In this document: positions 25,418 to 42,853 of the stretch, one piece after another | Numbering within the stretch: the first letter of the stretch is position 1 | How the letters are laid out: each line of letters starts with the position of its first letter | DNA from: Hyaloraphidium curvatum SAG 235-1 | Lineage: Eukaryota > Fungi > Monoblepharomycota | Assembly (NCBI GenBank): GCA_025558095.1 | Contig: JAIVFI010000015.1 | Coordinates: 434,001 to 498,000 of the forward strand | DNA length: 64,000 bases | Reading direction: 5' to 3' | The notes under the pieces: model-generated | Databases searched by the model: none | What the model was told of the DNA's origin: nothing | The model's input: the letters and a program-made list of their open reading frames with translations, nothing else | Program-made: the position numbers and the translations under genes

Positions 25418-25991
25418 GGCCGAGTGGGAAATGATGACGTCGTAGCGACGACCCCAATCGGCAAACCCTGACCTGCACCGGCACGGCCCGACGACCAAGC
25501 GACCAAAAGCGAACCGACGAGAGAAGGTGAGGGTGGCATCAATCGTTCTTTCTTCTTCAGAATGCAGGGTCGATTCTACGAAACAAGCTTCGGCGCCGCC
25601 ACGTCAGCACAACCACACGGCCCGGGATGGCTGGCACCATAGGCCGTGTATGAGTGTGAAAAGCCCCACAAGAGAAGGGTACGACCAAGCTGGACCTACT
25701 GGGAGCGTTTGGCGAATTTTGCTGCCCTGCTGGGTGACAGATCTGCGGGCCAGTCTCCGGTTGGCCAGATCGGCAGCGTCCTCCGTGGCACCCGCGAATG
25801 GCCCCAGGAATGACGAGTACCACGAAATTGAATGCATAGCGTGGTCCTTGGCGGGATTCGCTCTGCCGTGGGTCGAAAGCGGCGAGAGGGGAGAGGAGAA
25901 TCGAAGTCTGTTGTGGGCGCGCCTTGAAAGCGCGACTCCGCCCCTCCCTCTCGCTGCCCGAGCACTTTCCCGTCTGCGCCCCGGAGCGGCC

Positions 25992-28076
25992 ATGAAGCCG
26001 CGACCGCGTTCGCAGTCCCCGCGTCGGCGGGAGCAGGCGGGTGCGCGGCCGGCCACTCCCCCGCCGCACGAACCGCTGCCCGCGACCCGCAAGTCGCCGG
26101 GGCGGAAGGGCGCGCGCGTGTCGCCGGTCGCGTCGCCGGCCACGTCACCGCCCGCCGCCTTGCCCGTCGGGTCGCCGCCGCCGAAGGCCGCGCCCAAGGC
26201 CGCCGCGAAGCCCAAGCCCCGTCCGGCCGTCGCTCCCCGCCCGGCTTCCGCCGCCGCCCCCGCACCGCACTCGGCCTTCATCGCCTCGTCGCCGCGGCCG
26301 CTGAAGGTCAAGCGGGACGACAGGCCTCGGGCCGCACACGCAGCAGAGGCCGCTCGGGACGACGTCGACAGCGGGGCGAGCGACTCGGGTGGGCCCGGGC
26401 ACCCCGTTCCCCTGCAATACTCCTGACAGCATTTTATGCCGGTTCGCAGGCACGACGTTCGGCCAGCCGCCCAAGAAGCGCACGAGCCCCGCCTCGACGC
26501 CCCGCGTCAAGGCCTCGCCCGGCAAGCGCCCCCCCCGCTCGAGCCTCGGTCCGGGCCGCTCCACGCCCGGCGACTCGGAATCGGACTCGGAGAATGTGTC
26601 GATCGACCTGGCGTCGATGCAGGACTCGCTGCGGGAGATGGAGTCGGCCGCGCAGGCCCAGCCGGCCCGCCCACCGCCCAAGCGCGTGCACGTGCCCCGC
26701 GTCAGCGCCGTCGAGCCCGCAAAGGTCTCGCCGACATCCTCGCCCGCTGCTCCGTCGCCGTCCGCCCCGGCCGCAGCCCCCGGGTCGGCACGCGTCACGC
26801 GGTCGCAGGCAAAGACCCAGCAGACCGAGCTCTTCTCCCCCACCTACCACCTGACGGCCGACGCGCCGCATCCGCATCCTCACGCCCGTTGGTGTCGCCC
26901 TTGCACGGACGGGCAGGAACGCGTTCGCTGACCCCGCCTTCGGCAGGCGGTTCCACCCCTTCGTCCTCCCCGCGGTCCTCCCGTCACCCTTCCCCGACCC
27001 GCGAGCCCCCGTCGTCGGACGACGAGGACAATGCGACCGAGAACGACGAGAACCGCTCGCCGGACGACATGGCCCCCAACTCGGCGACGTCCTCGGCGTC
27101 CGCCCTCGTCGCCCGGCCGTCCCTGGCCGTCGCCGCCTCTGCGCCGTCCGATCCGGAGCCGGCCCAGCAGGAGCACGCGGAACACCACCACGGCCACCAT
27201 TCGCACATGGAGGTCGACGACACGGTGGAGGACCCGGAAGCGGAGGACGACGACGATTCGGAGGAGTTTGATCCGTGGGTGTTGTTTGGGCGGTACCGCC
27301 GTCCCGAGAAGCCCCCCTGACACCTGCACCGTTCACCCAGGTTCTGGTTCATCCGCAACCTCCCGCCCTACATCCAGAAGCCGCGACCCGCGGCACTTCC
27401 GCGCAAGACGCGCTCCTCCCCGCCGATAACCCTCGTCCTCGACCTGGACGAGACCCTCGTGCACTGTTCCACCTCGCCCCTCGATCACGCCGACATCACC
27501 TTCCCGATCGACTTCAACGGCCAGACCTACGAAGTCTCGGGCCGCCTGCGGCCCCACTGGCTGCCGTTCCTGGAGCGCGCGTCGCAGATATTCGAGGTCG
27601 TCGTGTTCACGGCCTCGCAGCGCGTCTACGCGGACCGGCTGCTCAACATGCTGGACCCGAAGCGGCAGTACATCAAGTGGGTTCCGCCTTTGCCCGATCG
27701 GGGTCGCAGGCCTGACCGCTGCCGTTCCAGGTACCGCCTCTTCCGCGAGCACTGCCTCTTCCTGGCCGGCAACTACCTCAAGGACCTCAACATCCTCGGC
27801 CGGGACCTCGGCAAGATCGTCATCGTGGACAACAGTCCGCAGGCGTTCGGATACCAGCTGACCAACGGCATCCCCATCACCTCGTGGTACGAAGACACCG
27901 TGGGTTCCCCTTCCGATCTGCCCCCCGCCCCGCGCTGACCCCCGGCAAAGAACGACCGCGAGCTCCTCAACGTCCTCGACTTCCTCGAAACCATCCAGAA
28001 CGAGGATGACGTGCGCCCGCTCCTGGACAGGCAGTACCGCATGCGCCAGCGGGTGTACGGCGCCTCCGCCGCTTAG
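25992..28076 (+). CDS. CTDSPL2: CTD small phosphatase-like 2 (NIF/FCP-SCP HAD phosphatase), multi-exon
   Basis: [90 protein letters not shown]. Start codon approximate. Confidence 0.88.
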
Positions 28077-28258
28077 AGCACGGTTGTTTGCTGGGCCGCT
28101 TTCTACTTCCTCATTGCATGTACACATGGGCCTTGGGTAATCGATGTTGGGAATAAAGAAGACCGAGATCGAGCTGCCTGATCCGAGAGTCCAAACACGC
28201 GCGTGCTATTGCTGGGACGGGTCGACTGCCTCGGCCTGGTGTGACCACGGCACGGTTA

Positions 28259-29066
28259 TCAGCTGCCGAACGAACCGGTCGCCTCTTCTGGACCCACGTG
28301 GGTGATGACAACGTCCACCTTTGGCCTGACAACGTGCTGCATGAGACGCTGCTGCCAGACAGGAACCGCAGCTCGACCCACCGGTCCGTCTTGTCCGTCG
28401 GCACGTGCCCCAGCTTGGACACCACCTTGATCCCCGAAAACACCCGCCCAAAGATGGAGTGCTTCCCGTCCAGCCACGGCGTCGGCGCCAGCCTGTTCCA
28501 AGGGCGACGGTCAGCACCCGCCGGCCTCCGCACCGGGGAACCGACGTGATGAAGAACTGGCTCCCGTTGGTGTTCTTCCCCGCGTTGGCCATCGACAGGA
28601 TCCCGGCGCCCGTGTGCTTGAGGTCCGGGTGGATCTCGTCCTCGAATTTGTCCCTTTGGGAGGGTTCAGCGGCGCTCCGGGGCGGAAGAAGGGGGAACGG
28701 GTACCCGTAGATGGAGGATCCGCCTTTGCCGGTGCCCGTAGGGTCGCCCGTTTGGAGCATAAAGTCCGGTATCACGCGGTGGAACTGTTCGGCGTCGGTT
28801 GCCATCCGGATAGGTGTGCTGCGTGAGTTGCCGCCCGGAGAAGGGAAGCACGGGGCCGCAGACCTTGCAGCCATCGTAGTATCTGCCGGTCGGAGGCGCA
28901 TCATCAGCATGAGGTGGGAAATGGGGCCGCTGGGGACCAACCCGCGCTTGGCGAGCTCGTAGAAGTTGCGGCACGTCTTGGGCGCGTGGTCCCAGTACAG
29001 CTCGCAGCCGATGTCCCCGGCAGAGGTCTGGATCACCACATAAGGGTCTGACGGCGTGGTAGACAT
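28259..29066 (-). CDS. PPIL1: cyclophilin, spliceosomal PPIL1 type, multi-exon
   Basis: [88 protein letters not shown]. Confidence 0.93.
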
Positions 29067-29178
29067 TGCGAGGCGGAGAAAGCGTGGACCGTCGGGATCG
29101 ATGTCGATGTTTGTCCTCCAGCTGCCCTCGAGCGAGTCGTCGCTCCACCGATCGTGCCAACGCGGGAATCACGGCCGC

Positions 29179-30236
29179 ATGTCGGTATGCGCCGAATGTG
29201 GGAATGAAATTGCCACGTTGTACACCGACTATGGCTCGGGCAACATCCGGCTCACGCAATGCGTGAGGACGCGTGCACGGGAGCGGGATTCGCACCGGAC
29301 CGACGCGGACCCGTTGCCAGGGCTCCTGCCACAAGTTTGCGGACAGATACGTCGAGTGCGATGCCGTCATCATCTTCATCGACATGGTGCTGCACCGGCC
29401 GCAGGTGTACCGGCATCTCCTGTTCAATCGGAACGTGCTGAAGGTCGGACAGCCGTACTTGGTGTCTCTGCAGGGCCGTTGAGCTCCTAACCTGCCGCGC
29501 AGGCCGACGTGTGGAGATTCGGGTTCCTCCTCTTGCTTTTCGACGTCTGTGGGTACCTTTGGGAGGGATTCAAGGCTCGTGGCCTAGACACTCCGCTGCC
29601 GGCAGACATCAAGTGGTACCGGCTCGAGAAGGACCCAGGAGCCAAGCATGAGGCATTCCTGGCCAAAGATTACAGCCTCTACCGGCAGTACCTGTCCGTT
29701 TTTGCCTGTTGTCTCGTAGGCGAGTCGAGCCTGCAGCGCTCCTGAAGCCGGTTCTGGCTGCTCACGGTCGCAACACAGAGACGGTCGTGTACCATGCAGT
29801 CGTGCAGGCTGTGTTTGCTCCATTAAGCAACGGATGGGACTGGAACAGGTCAGTTGTCTCGCGGAACTCCAGTTGTCTCTGCCGGATGTCAACTCGGACC
29901 TAAAGGGCCGGCACGATCAGCACAGCCTTGGTCTTGTCGGGGTTCCCGAAGCTGCTCTCTATCCTCATGGTCATATGGGACTACAGCCAGCTCGACACCA
30001 GCTGGCTCATCACTGCCATGGTTCTCACATCCAACGCCGAGGCTCTCGGAGGTTCGCCCTTCCTCCGCCGTTTGCCACCTAGCTAACCTGCCGAACTAGC
30101 CATTCCACCTCTGCGTTGCATGTCGCGCATCAAGGAAGGTTTCCTGCGCTGGCTTCTTGCTTTCGTGGCCGTTGCATTGGCCAAAGCGGCGTCGGAAGTT
30201 GCGGGTGGCATGGCTTTGTCCTCTCTGTACCGTTGA
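29179..30236 (+). CDS. ARV1: sterol homeostasis protein Arv1, multi-exon
   Basis: MSVCAECG...NIRLTQC..CHKFADRYVECDAVIIFIDMVLHRPQVYRHLLFN and later LSGFPKLLSILMVIWDY. Confidence 0.93.
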
Positions 30237-30606
30237 TCCACGATACCCAATGATGTCCAAAATGTAAACAACAATGTTGGTTCTATTAACATTGAAGAAT
30301 TGCATGCCGAAAGGTCTTGGGCTTGGGGCCATGGTGCCGCTGGGGATTGATGGGTTGGCGTTGGGAGGGCCTGCAGCATCTTCCGCTAACAACACCGGCC
30401 GAGTCCACCTCGCCGTCAACCACTTCGGCTCCGGGCTACGTCCTAGAGGTGAAGCGCCGTCCCCGCGCATCGCTTCTCCGCCAGGGCGGCGGCCCTGACG
30501 TTCCCGCCCGCGTTGTTTGGCTTCCACGGCAACTGCGCGGCACCGCACAACAGTGCCGTTTCCCACTCGCATCGCGGCTTTCTGACGGAGTTCCGGACGC
30601 ACAAAG

Positions 30607-32503
30607 ATGGTATGTAATGTCCTTCAACCGATCGGCGGCCCTTCGGGCCGTCTGCGGTGTGGGGAGCGGGCGAACCGCGTGTTTGGACTTCCCTCGCTGA
30701 CCGGGACTCCTCTCCCAAACCACCGCGTTGGCCGCCTTCGTCTCGACCTGCGCTGGCATCGACGCACTTTCTTTGTGGCGGACATCTTCGTTCCGTCCTT
30801 CGCTCTGGTCTTTACTCGATGGGCGACCAATGACACGCGGAACCTGCTGGACGTTGAACCCCGACTCCCGCACCCAACCGTGGCTCCTCGCTGATTCTGT
30901 TTCGTGAAGACGACGCGCGGTGCGTAGAGGATCGGGCTTTGGGTCGGGACCGTGTCTCATCTTGTTATTTGCCCCTCTTCCGCCGCCCGTCCCGCTTGGA
31001 ACCTTGCCTTCTCGTGACCTCCGACATCCAGCCAAGCGGAACCGCTCGAAGCAGATTAACTTCACCCTCATGGCCGTCGGTCAGTGTGCCACCGGGTCCG
31101 CCGTTGGAACGATCGCTCACCTCTGCTCCGCATTCAGGCTCCTCCGGCCTGGGCAAGTCCACCCTCCTCAACACCCTCTGCGACCAGATGCTGTTTCCCA
31201 CGAAGCAGTACCCGCCGCAGGGCACTCCGGTGAATGAGCGCAAGCTTGACATCCAGACCACCTACACGGAGCTCAAGCTGGAGGGCGGCACAATCGTCAA
31301 CGTCACCATCGTTGATTGCCCCGGCTTCGCCGAGTCGATCAACAACGAGGCGCAGTGAGTAGCGTCGAGGCGCTGGCGGTCTTCGCCCTTGACGTCGTGT
31401 TTTCCCCTCCAGCTTCTCGATGATCCTCCACTACATCGAGAGCCAGTTCGACGATGTCCTGGCCCAGGAGTCCATGATCAAGCGTAACCCCAAGTTCCAG
31501 GACAACCGTGTTCACGCTTGCCTGTACTTCATTCCTCCTACCGGGCACTCGTGGGTCTCTCCGAGAGCGGTGTCGGGTGGTGGAGGGTATTGATCGAGCT
31601 CTCCAGGCTGCGCGAGATGGACATTGAGTTCATGCGCCGCCTCGGACCGCGGGTCAACATCGTGCCCGTGATCGCCAAGTCGGACACGCTCACCCCCGAG
31701 GAGCTCGCCGGCTTCAAGGCCCGCATCATGGAGGACATTGCGCACTACCAGATCCCGATCTTCAACTTCCCTTACGATGTCGAGGAGGACGACGACGAGA
31801 CCATTGAGCAGAACAAGAAGCTGCAGGTTGGTCGCTTTTCTGGATTTGATTGATTTGGTTTGACTCATTCTCCGCTTCAGCGTCTTCTGCCGTTCGCCGT
31901 TGTGGGTGGTGACGAGATCATCAACGTCAACGGCAACGAGATCCGCTGCAGGCGGTACCCGTGGGGTCGCGTTGAGAGTGTGTTACGTCACGTGCCGCTT
32001 GCCGGGCTTTTTCTAAGCTTCGCACCCGCCAGTCGACAACCCTGCGCACTGCGATGTCGTGGAGCTCGAGAACGCCATCTGGGTCACCCACCTCAAGGAG
32101 CTGCGCGACTCCACGAACGACATCCTGTACGAGAACTACCGTACCGCGAAGCTTGCGATCCTCGCTCGCGAGAGCGCTGCTGGGTAAGGGCTGCCGTAAA
32201 GTTCCCCTCGCCACGGCTCACAGGCGTTTCTTTCGCAGCACTCCCGAGTCCATTTCCGTCGTGCACACCCGTCCCGGCACCCCTTCGCAGATTGGCGAGG
32301 CCGAGGACGTCATTCTCCGCGAGGAGGCCCTGCGTCGCGACCAGGAGAAGCTGAAGGAGGCGCAGAGGCAGTTGGAGGAGGAGCTCCGCAAGAAGAAGGA
32401 GGAACTCGACGCACGCGAGCAGGAGCTCAAGCGGCTGGCCGCCAAGCTTTCCTCGTCGTCGATCAACAGCGTGGACGAGGGCCCGGCAGCCGTTCAGCCG
32501 TGA
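30607..32503 (+). CDS. CDC11: septin, Cdc11/AspA group; begins with ATG-only exon and 10-nt micro-exon
   Basis: FTLMAVG-SSGLGKST, DCPGF, KRNPKFQDNRVHACLYFI, VIAKSDTLT, IPIFNFPYDVEEDDDETIE, RRYPWG and a C-terminal coiled coil. Confidence 0.9.
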
Positions 32504-32732
32504 GTGGACTCTATTTCTCGATCCCGGACGGTCGGCGAGGTTCTGGCGATCTGATTCGATAATTGGTGTGGGTTATGAACCTTATTCGTCCGCAAAATTG
32601 TACTGCTTCGATCGTAATGGAGATGACGATACCCTTCTTTTCGAAGTGTGGGGAAGGAAGAAGAGGAGGCCTGAAGGCCTGTCACAGCACGGTGCTCGGG
32701 TTTCGAGTTTCGACCCCTGCGTAGACGCGTCA

Positions 32733-33452
32733 ATGCAGGCTCCCGACGCGTTTGCCGCGGCGATGGGTCTTGCGATGCAACCGAGCAAGGAGAATCTGGC
32801 TGCTCTGCTGGAGAATCTCGAACACGCCGAGGTCGATGGGGTGGAACGAGAGGTGTTCCTCCACATGCGTCTCGCGTCGCTCTCGCATCCGGAAGCAAAC
32901 GGAGCCCCAACGGGACTCGCAGAAGAGCTCCAGCAGACGCACATGAGCCTGTACTCGATCTACTGCGCGCTCATCGTGGCCTACTGCGCCGATGGGGATC
33001 TGGACAATGCGCGCTTCGCGATGAAGCGGATGCCCGACGCGATGAAGACCGCACCCGAAGCCGCAAGCGTGATTCGGATCCTGAAGCTTCTCTGGAACCG
33101 CGAGCACGAGCAGTTCTACGCGACCGTGGCGCAGGCGACGTGGCCGGACCAGATCAAGCCTCTCGTGGGACTGTGCGTTGAGCTGACGCGCGAGAGGATG
33201 CTCGCTTTGCTCGCCAAGGCCTACTCAAACATACGGGCCAGTTCCGCGGGGAAGCTTCTCGGCATGGCCGACGAATCGGAGGTCGTCTCCACTCTCGAAG
33301 CGCTCGGATGGAAGAACCAGGACGGTTTCCTAGCACCTCCGCCGGCCGACAAGGTTGCGATCGGTGCCGCGTCCGGCAAGTCAGTGGACGCCGCGGCGTC
33401 GTGGCAGCGGGTGCAGGAGCTGGCGAAGATCGTCGTGAATCTGGAGCTGTGA
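32733..33452 (+). CDS. CSN8: COP9 signalosome subunit 8 (PCI domain)
   Basis: YCADGDLDNARFAMKRMP...LLWNRE...TRERMLALLAKAYSNI...LLGM...GW fits the CSN8/PSMD8/eIF3K family and is closest to CSN8. Start uncertain. Confidence 0.8.
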   Translation: MQAPDAFAAAMGLAMQPSKENLAALLENLEHAEVDGVEREVFLHMRLASLSHPEANGAPTGLAEELQQTHMSLYSIYCALIVAYCADGDLDNARFAMKRMPDAMKTAPEAASVIRILKLLWNREHEQFYATVAQATWPDQIKPLVGLCVELTRERMLALLAKAYSNIRASSAGKLLGMADESEVVSTLEALGWKNQDGFLAPPPADKVAIGAASGKSVDAAASWQRVQELAKIVVNLEL

Positions 33453-33547
33453 ATGCCTGGAACTGGAACGGCCCTGGACTGAGCGGACTACTGTGTCGCC
33501 AATTACGTGTTGACAAAGGCAAAATACCATGGTATACCAGCGACGCT

Positions 33548-37372
<3,825 letters not shown>

Positions 37373-37809
37373 TGCACCGGAGTCCCGAGCCTCGTCGGCT
37401 GCACAGGAAGGCTGCGCAGGATGGGACTCACCGAGTGATGAATTCACATCTGGAGGCACTCTTTGAGCAGCTCTTGCAGGCCGCCCTCCCTTTCTTGATC
37501 TAATATCCTTTTCATCCATCATTTCTAAAGCGTTACGGATCTTCTTTGAATCCTTCTTCCGCCTGGGGCTGCGAGTTTCTTCTCGTTCGAGCGGTTCTTC
37601 CAAGGTCGACTGGAAGAGAAGCCTTCGAAACGCACCGGATCACTATCCATCCAAAAGGAGCGATTTGAAGTCAAAAAGATCTCTTTCGGATGATCGCGTC
37701 CTGCGTGATGATCTTGGGTTGGTCTCCACAGGAGAGGTGAGGCCGCTTCCCGCCCGTCACAACCACACCTGTCGTCGCGGCATTCGCCCGGCCGAACCCG
37801 CCGACCACG

Positions 37810-40800
37810 ATGGCGGCCGGGGCATTGACCTCTGCCGGTGCGATTCGCTCCATCGCACACGCGCTTTAGGGCCAATGCTGACCTGCGGGGTGATCTGCCT
37901 CAGCCGGCATCATCTCGCTCCTGGACGAGCCCGAGGACGAGCTGAAGGTCTACGCCCTCCAGAAGCTGAACGCGGTCGTCGACCAGTTTTGGGCGGAAAT
38001 CGCGGACGCCGTCTCCAAGATGTGGGTGCTCGCCGATGCCGAGACGCGTCGCGGCGCGCTGAACAGAGCTCACTTTGGCTCGGACGCGTACCCGTCGGAT
38101 CTCTGACCTTCCAGCGAGGCTCTGTACGAGGATGAGAAGTTCGAGGCGCGCGAGCTGGCGGCGCTGGTGGCGTCCAAGGTTCGCGGACCGCCTGCGGGTT
38201 GCACGGTCCCGGCTCCATTGACGCCGCGTTGGGACAGGTCTTCTATCATCTGGGAGAGTTCGAGGATTCTTTGACATTTGCTCTCGGTGCGGGGAGGCTG
38301 TTTGACGCCTCGGACCGGAGCGAGTTCGTGGAGACCATCACCTGTTGGTTCCCTCGCCTTCGTCCTGCCGGGATGCTTAGACGTCCTGCCCGCCAGCGAA
38401 ATGCATCGACAAGTACATTACGCTGAGCACTCCGCAGGGTGACGAGGCTCCCAAGCCCATCGACCCGCGCCTCACGGACGTTGTCGAGCGGATGTTCCAG
38501 CGCTGTTTCGACGACGGCGAGTACCGGCAGGTGGGCTCAACACCGCAGCACTGCGAGGCATTCGGATTTAACGGTCGGATCTGCTGTCAAAAGGCGATTG
38601 GAATCGCGCTGGAGTCGCGCAGGCTGGATGTAATCAGCAAAGCGGTGAAGCAGGGCAGCTTCAAGGAGCTTCTCCCTTATGTGCTCGAGTCTAGCATGAC
38701 TCTTGTGCAGAACCTGGAGTTCAGGAACAAGGCGGGTCACGGCGACAGTCGTCTTGGTTGTGTCTGACTTCTCCCATCCGACAGGTTCTCGGACTGCTGG
38801 TCAAGCTCTACCAGGAGCTGCCGGAACCGGACTACATTGCCATCGCTCAGTGCCTCGTTTACTTGAACGACCCAGCGGCGTGTGCGGACATGCTGGTGTC
38901 CCTTGTGCGCGAGAACACCCAGGTCTCGCTGCTCACGGCGTACCAGATCGCTTTCGATCTGGAAGACACCGCCACCCAGGACTTTCTGCAGAAGGTCCTC
39001 GGAGGGCTCCCGGCTGGGCCTGCGGAGGCTCTCCCTGCGGCAGCCGCCAGCTCCTCGGCTGCCGCTGCCGGTGATGCTATGGAGACGGACGAGAAGCCGG
39101 CGGCCTCGGCGTCCGCCGGTGCCGAAGGCGACGGATTTGCCGACCAGTTCGGCAAGATTCGCACCATTCTCTCTGGCGATCTTTCCATCAAGCTCTACCT
39201 GGAGTTCCTTTTCCGCAAGAACAAGACCGACATGCTGATTCTCAAGACGACCAAGGTTCGTTCTCGCTTGCGACCCTCCTAGTTCGGTGCTCACGTCCGC
39301 CCTAGAACGCTCTCGAGTCCCGCAGCTCGATGTACCACTCGGCCGTCACTTTCGCCAACGCTTTCATGAATGCCGGCACTACCAGCGACGAGTTTCTCCG
39401 CCAGAACCTCGAGTGGCTGTCGCGCGCAACGAACTGGTCCAAGTTCAGCGCGACCGCCGCCCTCGGTGTCCTCCACAAGGGCCACATTTCTCAAGGCCAG
39501 GCGCTCCTTGCGCCGTACCTTCCCCAGGACGGCGTGTCGAGCAGCCAGTACTCGGAGGGTGGCGCTCTTTTCGCCCTTGGGCTCATCTTTGCCAACCACG
39601 GGGCGGGAATCGTTGGATACCTCAGCAACGCCTTGAAGAACACGCAAAGCGAGGTTATCCAGCACGGAGCCTGCCTTGGAATCGGTGTCGCAGGGATGGC
39701 AACGGCCAACGACGGTCGGTTTCGAGCAATGGCTCGCCCTCGCTGCCACTCATTTTCCCTGCAGACCTCTACGAACAGCTCAAGACCGTGCTCTTCAGCG
39801 ACAGTGCCGTCGCCGGCGAAGCGGCTGGTTACGCTCTCGGCCTCGTGATGCTCGGCACCGCGTCCCAGAAAGCCCTGGACGAGATGCTGCAGTACGCCCA
39901 CGAGACGCAGCACGAAAAGATCATCCGCGGTCTCGCGGTCGGCATGTCCCTCATCATGTACGGCAAGGAGGAGGAGGCCGATACGCTGATTGAGCAGCTT
40001 TGCACGGACAAGGTGGGCCACGCGCTCCACAGGCGGTTCGAGTGCTTATCCGGCTTGCGCAGGATCATATCCTTCGCTACGGTGGGATCTTCACCGTCGC
40101 CATGGCGTACGCGGGGACAGGAAACAACAAGGCCATCCGTCGCCTGCTCCACGTCGCCGTCAGCGACGTCAACGACGATGTCAGGAGGGCGGCCGTCATG
40201 TCTCTTGGTTTCGTGCTGTTCCGGACGCCGAAGCAGGTTCCGCGCGTCGTGCAGCTTCTTGCGGAGTCGTACAACCCGCACGTCCGCTACGGCGCCACCA
40301 TGGCGCTCGCGTTCTCGTGCGCCGGCAGCGGCTCTCCCGTGGGTTGGATTGTGCCACATCTTGGCGACCTTTCTGACCCTGCTCCCGGAAACAGGAGGCG
40401 CTGGAGCTCATCGAGCCCATGATCAAGGACCCCGTCGACTACGTGCGGCAGGGCGCCCTGATTGCCATGGGCATGGTGCTCATGCAGCACAACGAGTCCA
40501 TGAGCTCCAAGGTGGCGTCTACCCGGAAGCTGTACGAGAAGATCATCGGGGACAAGCACGAGGACTCGATGTCCAAGTTCGGCGCCACGCTCGGCCAGGG
40601 AATCATCGACGCGGGCGGGCGGAACGTGACCGTGTCGCTCGCGACCCGCTCGGGCCTGCCGAACATGAGCGCCATCGTCGGCGCCGTCATGTTCTCCCAG
40701 TTCTGGTACTGGTTCCCCCTCAGCCTCTTCCTCAGCCTTTCCTTCACCCCCACGGCGTTCATCGGGCTGAACGTCGACCTCAAGATCCCGCAAATGGAGA

Positions 40801-41518
40801 TCGTGTCCAACACCAAGCCGTCGATGTACGCGTACCCGAGCCCGACCAAGCCGCCGACGGTGGAGAAGGTGGAGAAGATCGCCACCGCGGTGCTCTCGAC
40901 CACCGCCAAGGCGAAGCAGCGTGCAAAGAAGTCGGAGAAGGAGAAGGAGGACAAGGGCGACGCGATGGACACGGACGAGAAGAAGCCCGACGTCGACATG
41001 GACGAAAAGAAGCCCGAGGGTGCCGGGGACAAAGCCGACGAGGGGAAGGACGAGGGGAAGGAGGAAGGCAAGGACGAAAAGGAGGAGGGCGAGGCGTCCG
41101 AGGGCAAGAAGAAGGAGAAGGAGCCCAACTTCGAGATCATCCCCAACGTGTCGCGGTTACTTCGGCAGCAGCTGGAGCACGTCACCTTCAAGGAGGACTC
41201 GCGATACGTGCCGGTGAAGAAGGTGGTATGCGTTGCCGGACGTGCAGGCATGCTCTGACCCGGTCCTGTTGCAGCCCTTTGCTGGTGGGATCACCATGCT
41301 GCTGGATCGGCAGAAGGGCGAGCCGGAGGACTTGATGGAGTTCTCGACCCTTGGTAGGTCACTTAGCGCCGACGTGGGCCGTCTGTGCTTGACAAATCCC
41401 TCCAGCACAACCGGTCCCTGCTGCGGCAGCTGCGGCGACGGAAGAAAAGAAGGAGGAGGAGGAAGATCTGCCGGAACCCGCACCCCCGGAGCCTTTCGAG
41501 TACCCCTTCACTGACTGA
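37810..41518 (+). CDS. RPN2: 26S proteasome regulatory subunit Rpn2, multi-exon
   Basis: [88 protein letters not shown] and terminal PPEPFEYP. Confidence 0.97.
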
Positions 41519-41666
41519 TGTAGATCGGCCCATATACCCGCCTCTGCTTCTTCGATTTCGCGTGCACGAGGTACAGCCAATTGATCGGTCACTTCGTCGT
41601 CAGCCTCTGCTTCTCCTAGAGCGAGGTCCAATTGGGACGGTTGCGATCACTTCGTCTTCCGAAGAC

Positions 41667-42839
41667 ATGGATCCCCTCTTTCATCCGACCCGCGAGGGTT
41701 CCCGCGGCGGCCGCGACCAGTTCAACTGGGACGCGGTCAAGGACGACAAATACCGCGAGAACTACCTCGGCCACTCGCTCCTGGCCCCCGTCGGACGATG
41801 GCAGAAGAACCGCGACCTGACGTGGTACGCCAAGGACGGCGCGGCCGCGGGCGGCAAGACCGCCGCGGAACTGGAGGCGGAGGAGCTGGAGCGGATAAAG
41901 CTGCAGGAGGCGGAGCTGCTGGCCGAGGCGCTGTGGGTTGCGCCGTTGCTGCGCGGGGACGCGTCCTGACGGTGCGGGACAGGGGGTACAAGGGGCCAAA
42001 GAAGCACCTGGCGCCTCCGTCGGTGTCGACGGCGGAGCTCAAGCATGCGATCAAGAAGGAGCAGGAGGGTAACGAGGAGACGGCGTCGCCGCTGACGGCC
42101 GAGGACGCCAAGGGGCTGGGGTTCGGAAAGTGGGTCTCGGCACTCCGCGGGAACCGGGACCGCGTGAATTGAAGTGTTCGGCTTTTGCAGGAGGGGAAGC
42201 ATGATGGAAGCGCCGACCGCCGAGCGCCTGGAAGGCACGGGCAACCTGGACGCGTTCACGGCGCAGGCGCTAGTCAGAAGCACGGCGGCTGCCGCCCCTG
42301 CCGCCGCGATGCCGGCCTCCGTCCGGCAAGCAGACGGCAAAGGTGCCGCGGACGAGGCCGAGAGGAAGCGTTTGAAGCGCCTGGAGAAGGAGGAGCGGAG
42401 GCGACGGAAGAAGGAGAAGAAGGAGGCGAGAAGGCGGGCAAAGGAGGTTTCGCGGAGGGACGGGGGCGACAGCAGGGACCGCAGACGGCCCTCGCCTTCC
42501 GACTCGTCGTCTTCCGAGGACGACGGCGGGCGGCGGCGGAGATCGCCGAGCCGGGAGCGGGACGGCCGCGGCGATCGGCCCAGACACGACGGGGACAAGA
42601 GGCCGGCGCGCTCGCCGAGCCCGCCGCGGAGGACGCACGGAGATGGCAGGCGGAGGGACGATAGCCGCGACAGGCGGCCGTCGCCCAGGAGGCCTTCCCC
42701 CAGGCGGGCGAGGTCTCGTTCCCGCTCCCCGCCGAGGCAGGCTCCCCGCCGGCGGAGCTATTCCCGGGACAGGGATCGATACCGCGGCGACGAGGGACGA
42801 TACCGGGACCACGGCGATCGCGATCGCGAGAGGCGGTAG
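41667..42839 (+). CDS. MMTAG2: MMTAG2/C1orf35 homolog with RS-like C-terminus, 3 exons
   Basis: [52 protein letters not shown] followed by an Arg/Ser/Asp-rich tail. Confidence 0.9.
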
Positions 42840-42853
42840 GGCGCATGTAGTGG

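Noticed and set aside
16934-28076. Wee1, PTP and CTD phosphatase as a cell-cycle signalling cluster
   Set aside because: They are interspersed with unrelated genes, and such enzymes are common enough to co-occur by chance.
37373-37800. In-frame upstream extension of PRP16 (ORF from 37603) with 26- and 33-nt intron-like segments
   Set aside because: There is no recognisable Prp16 similarity and the putative introns are shorter than the local norm. It is more likely UTR or promoter, though not excluded.
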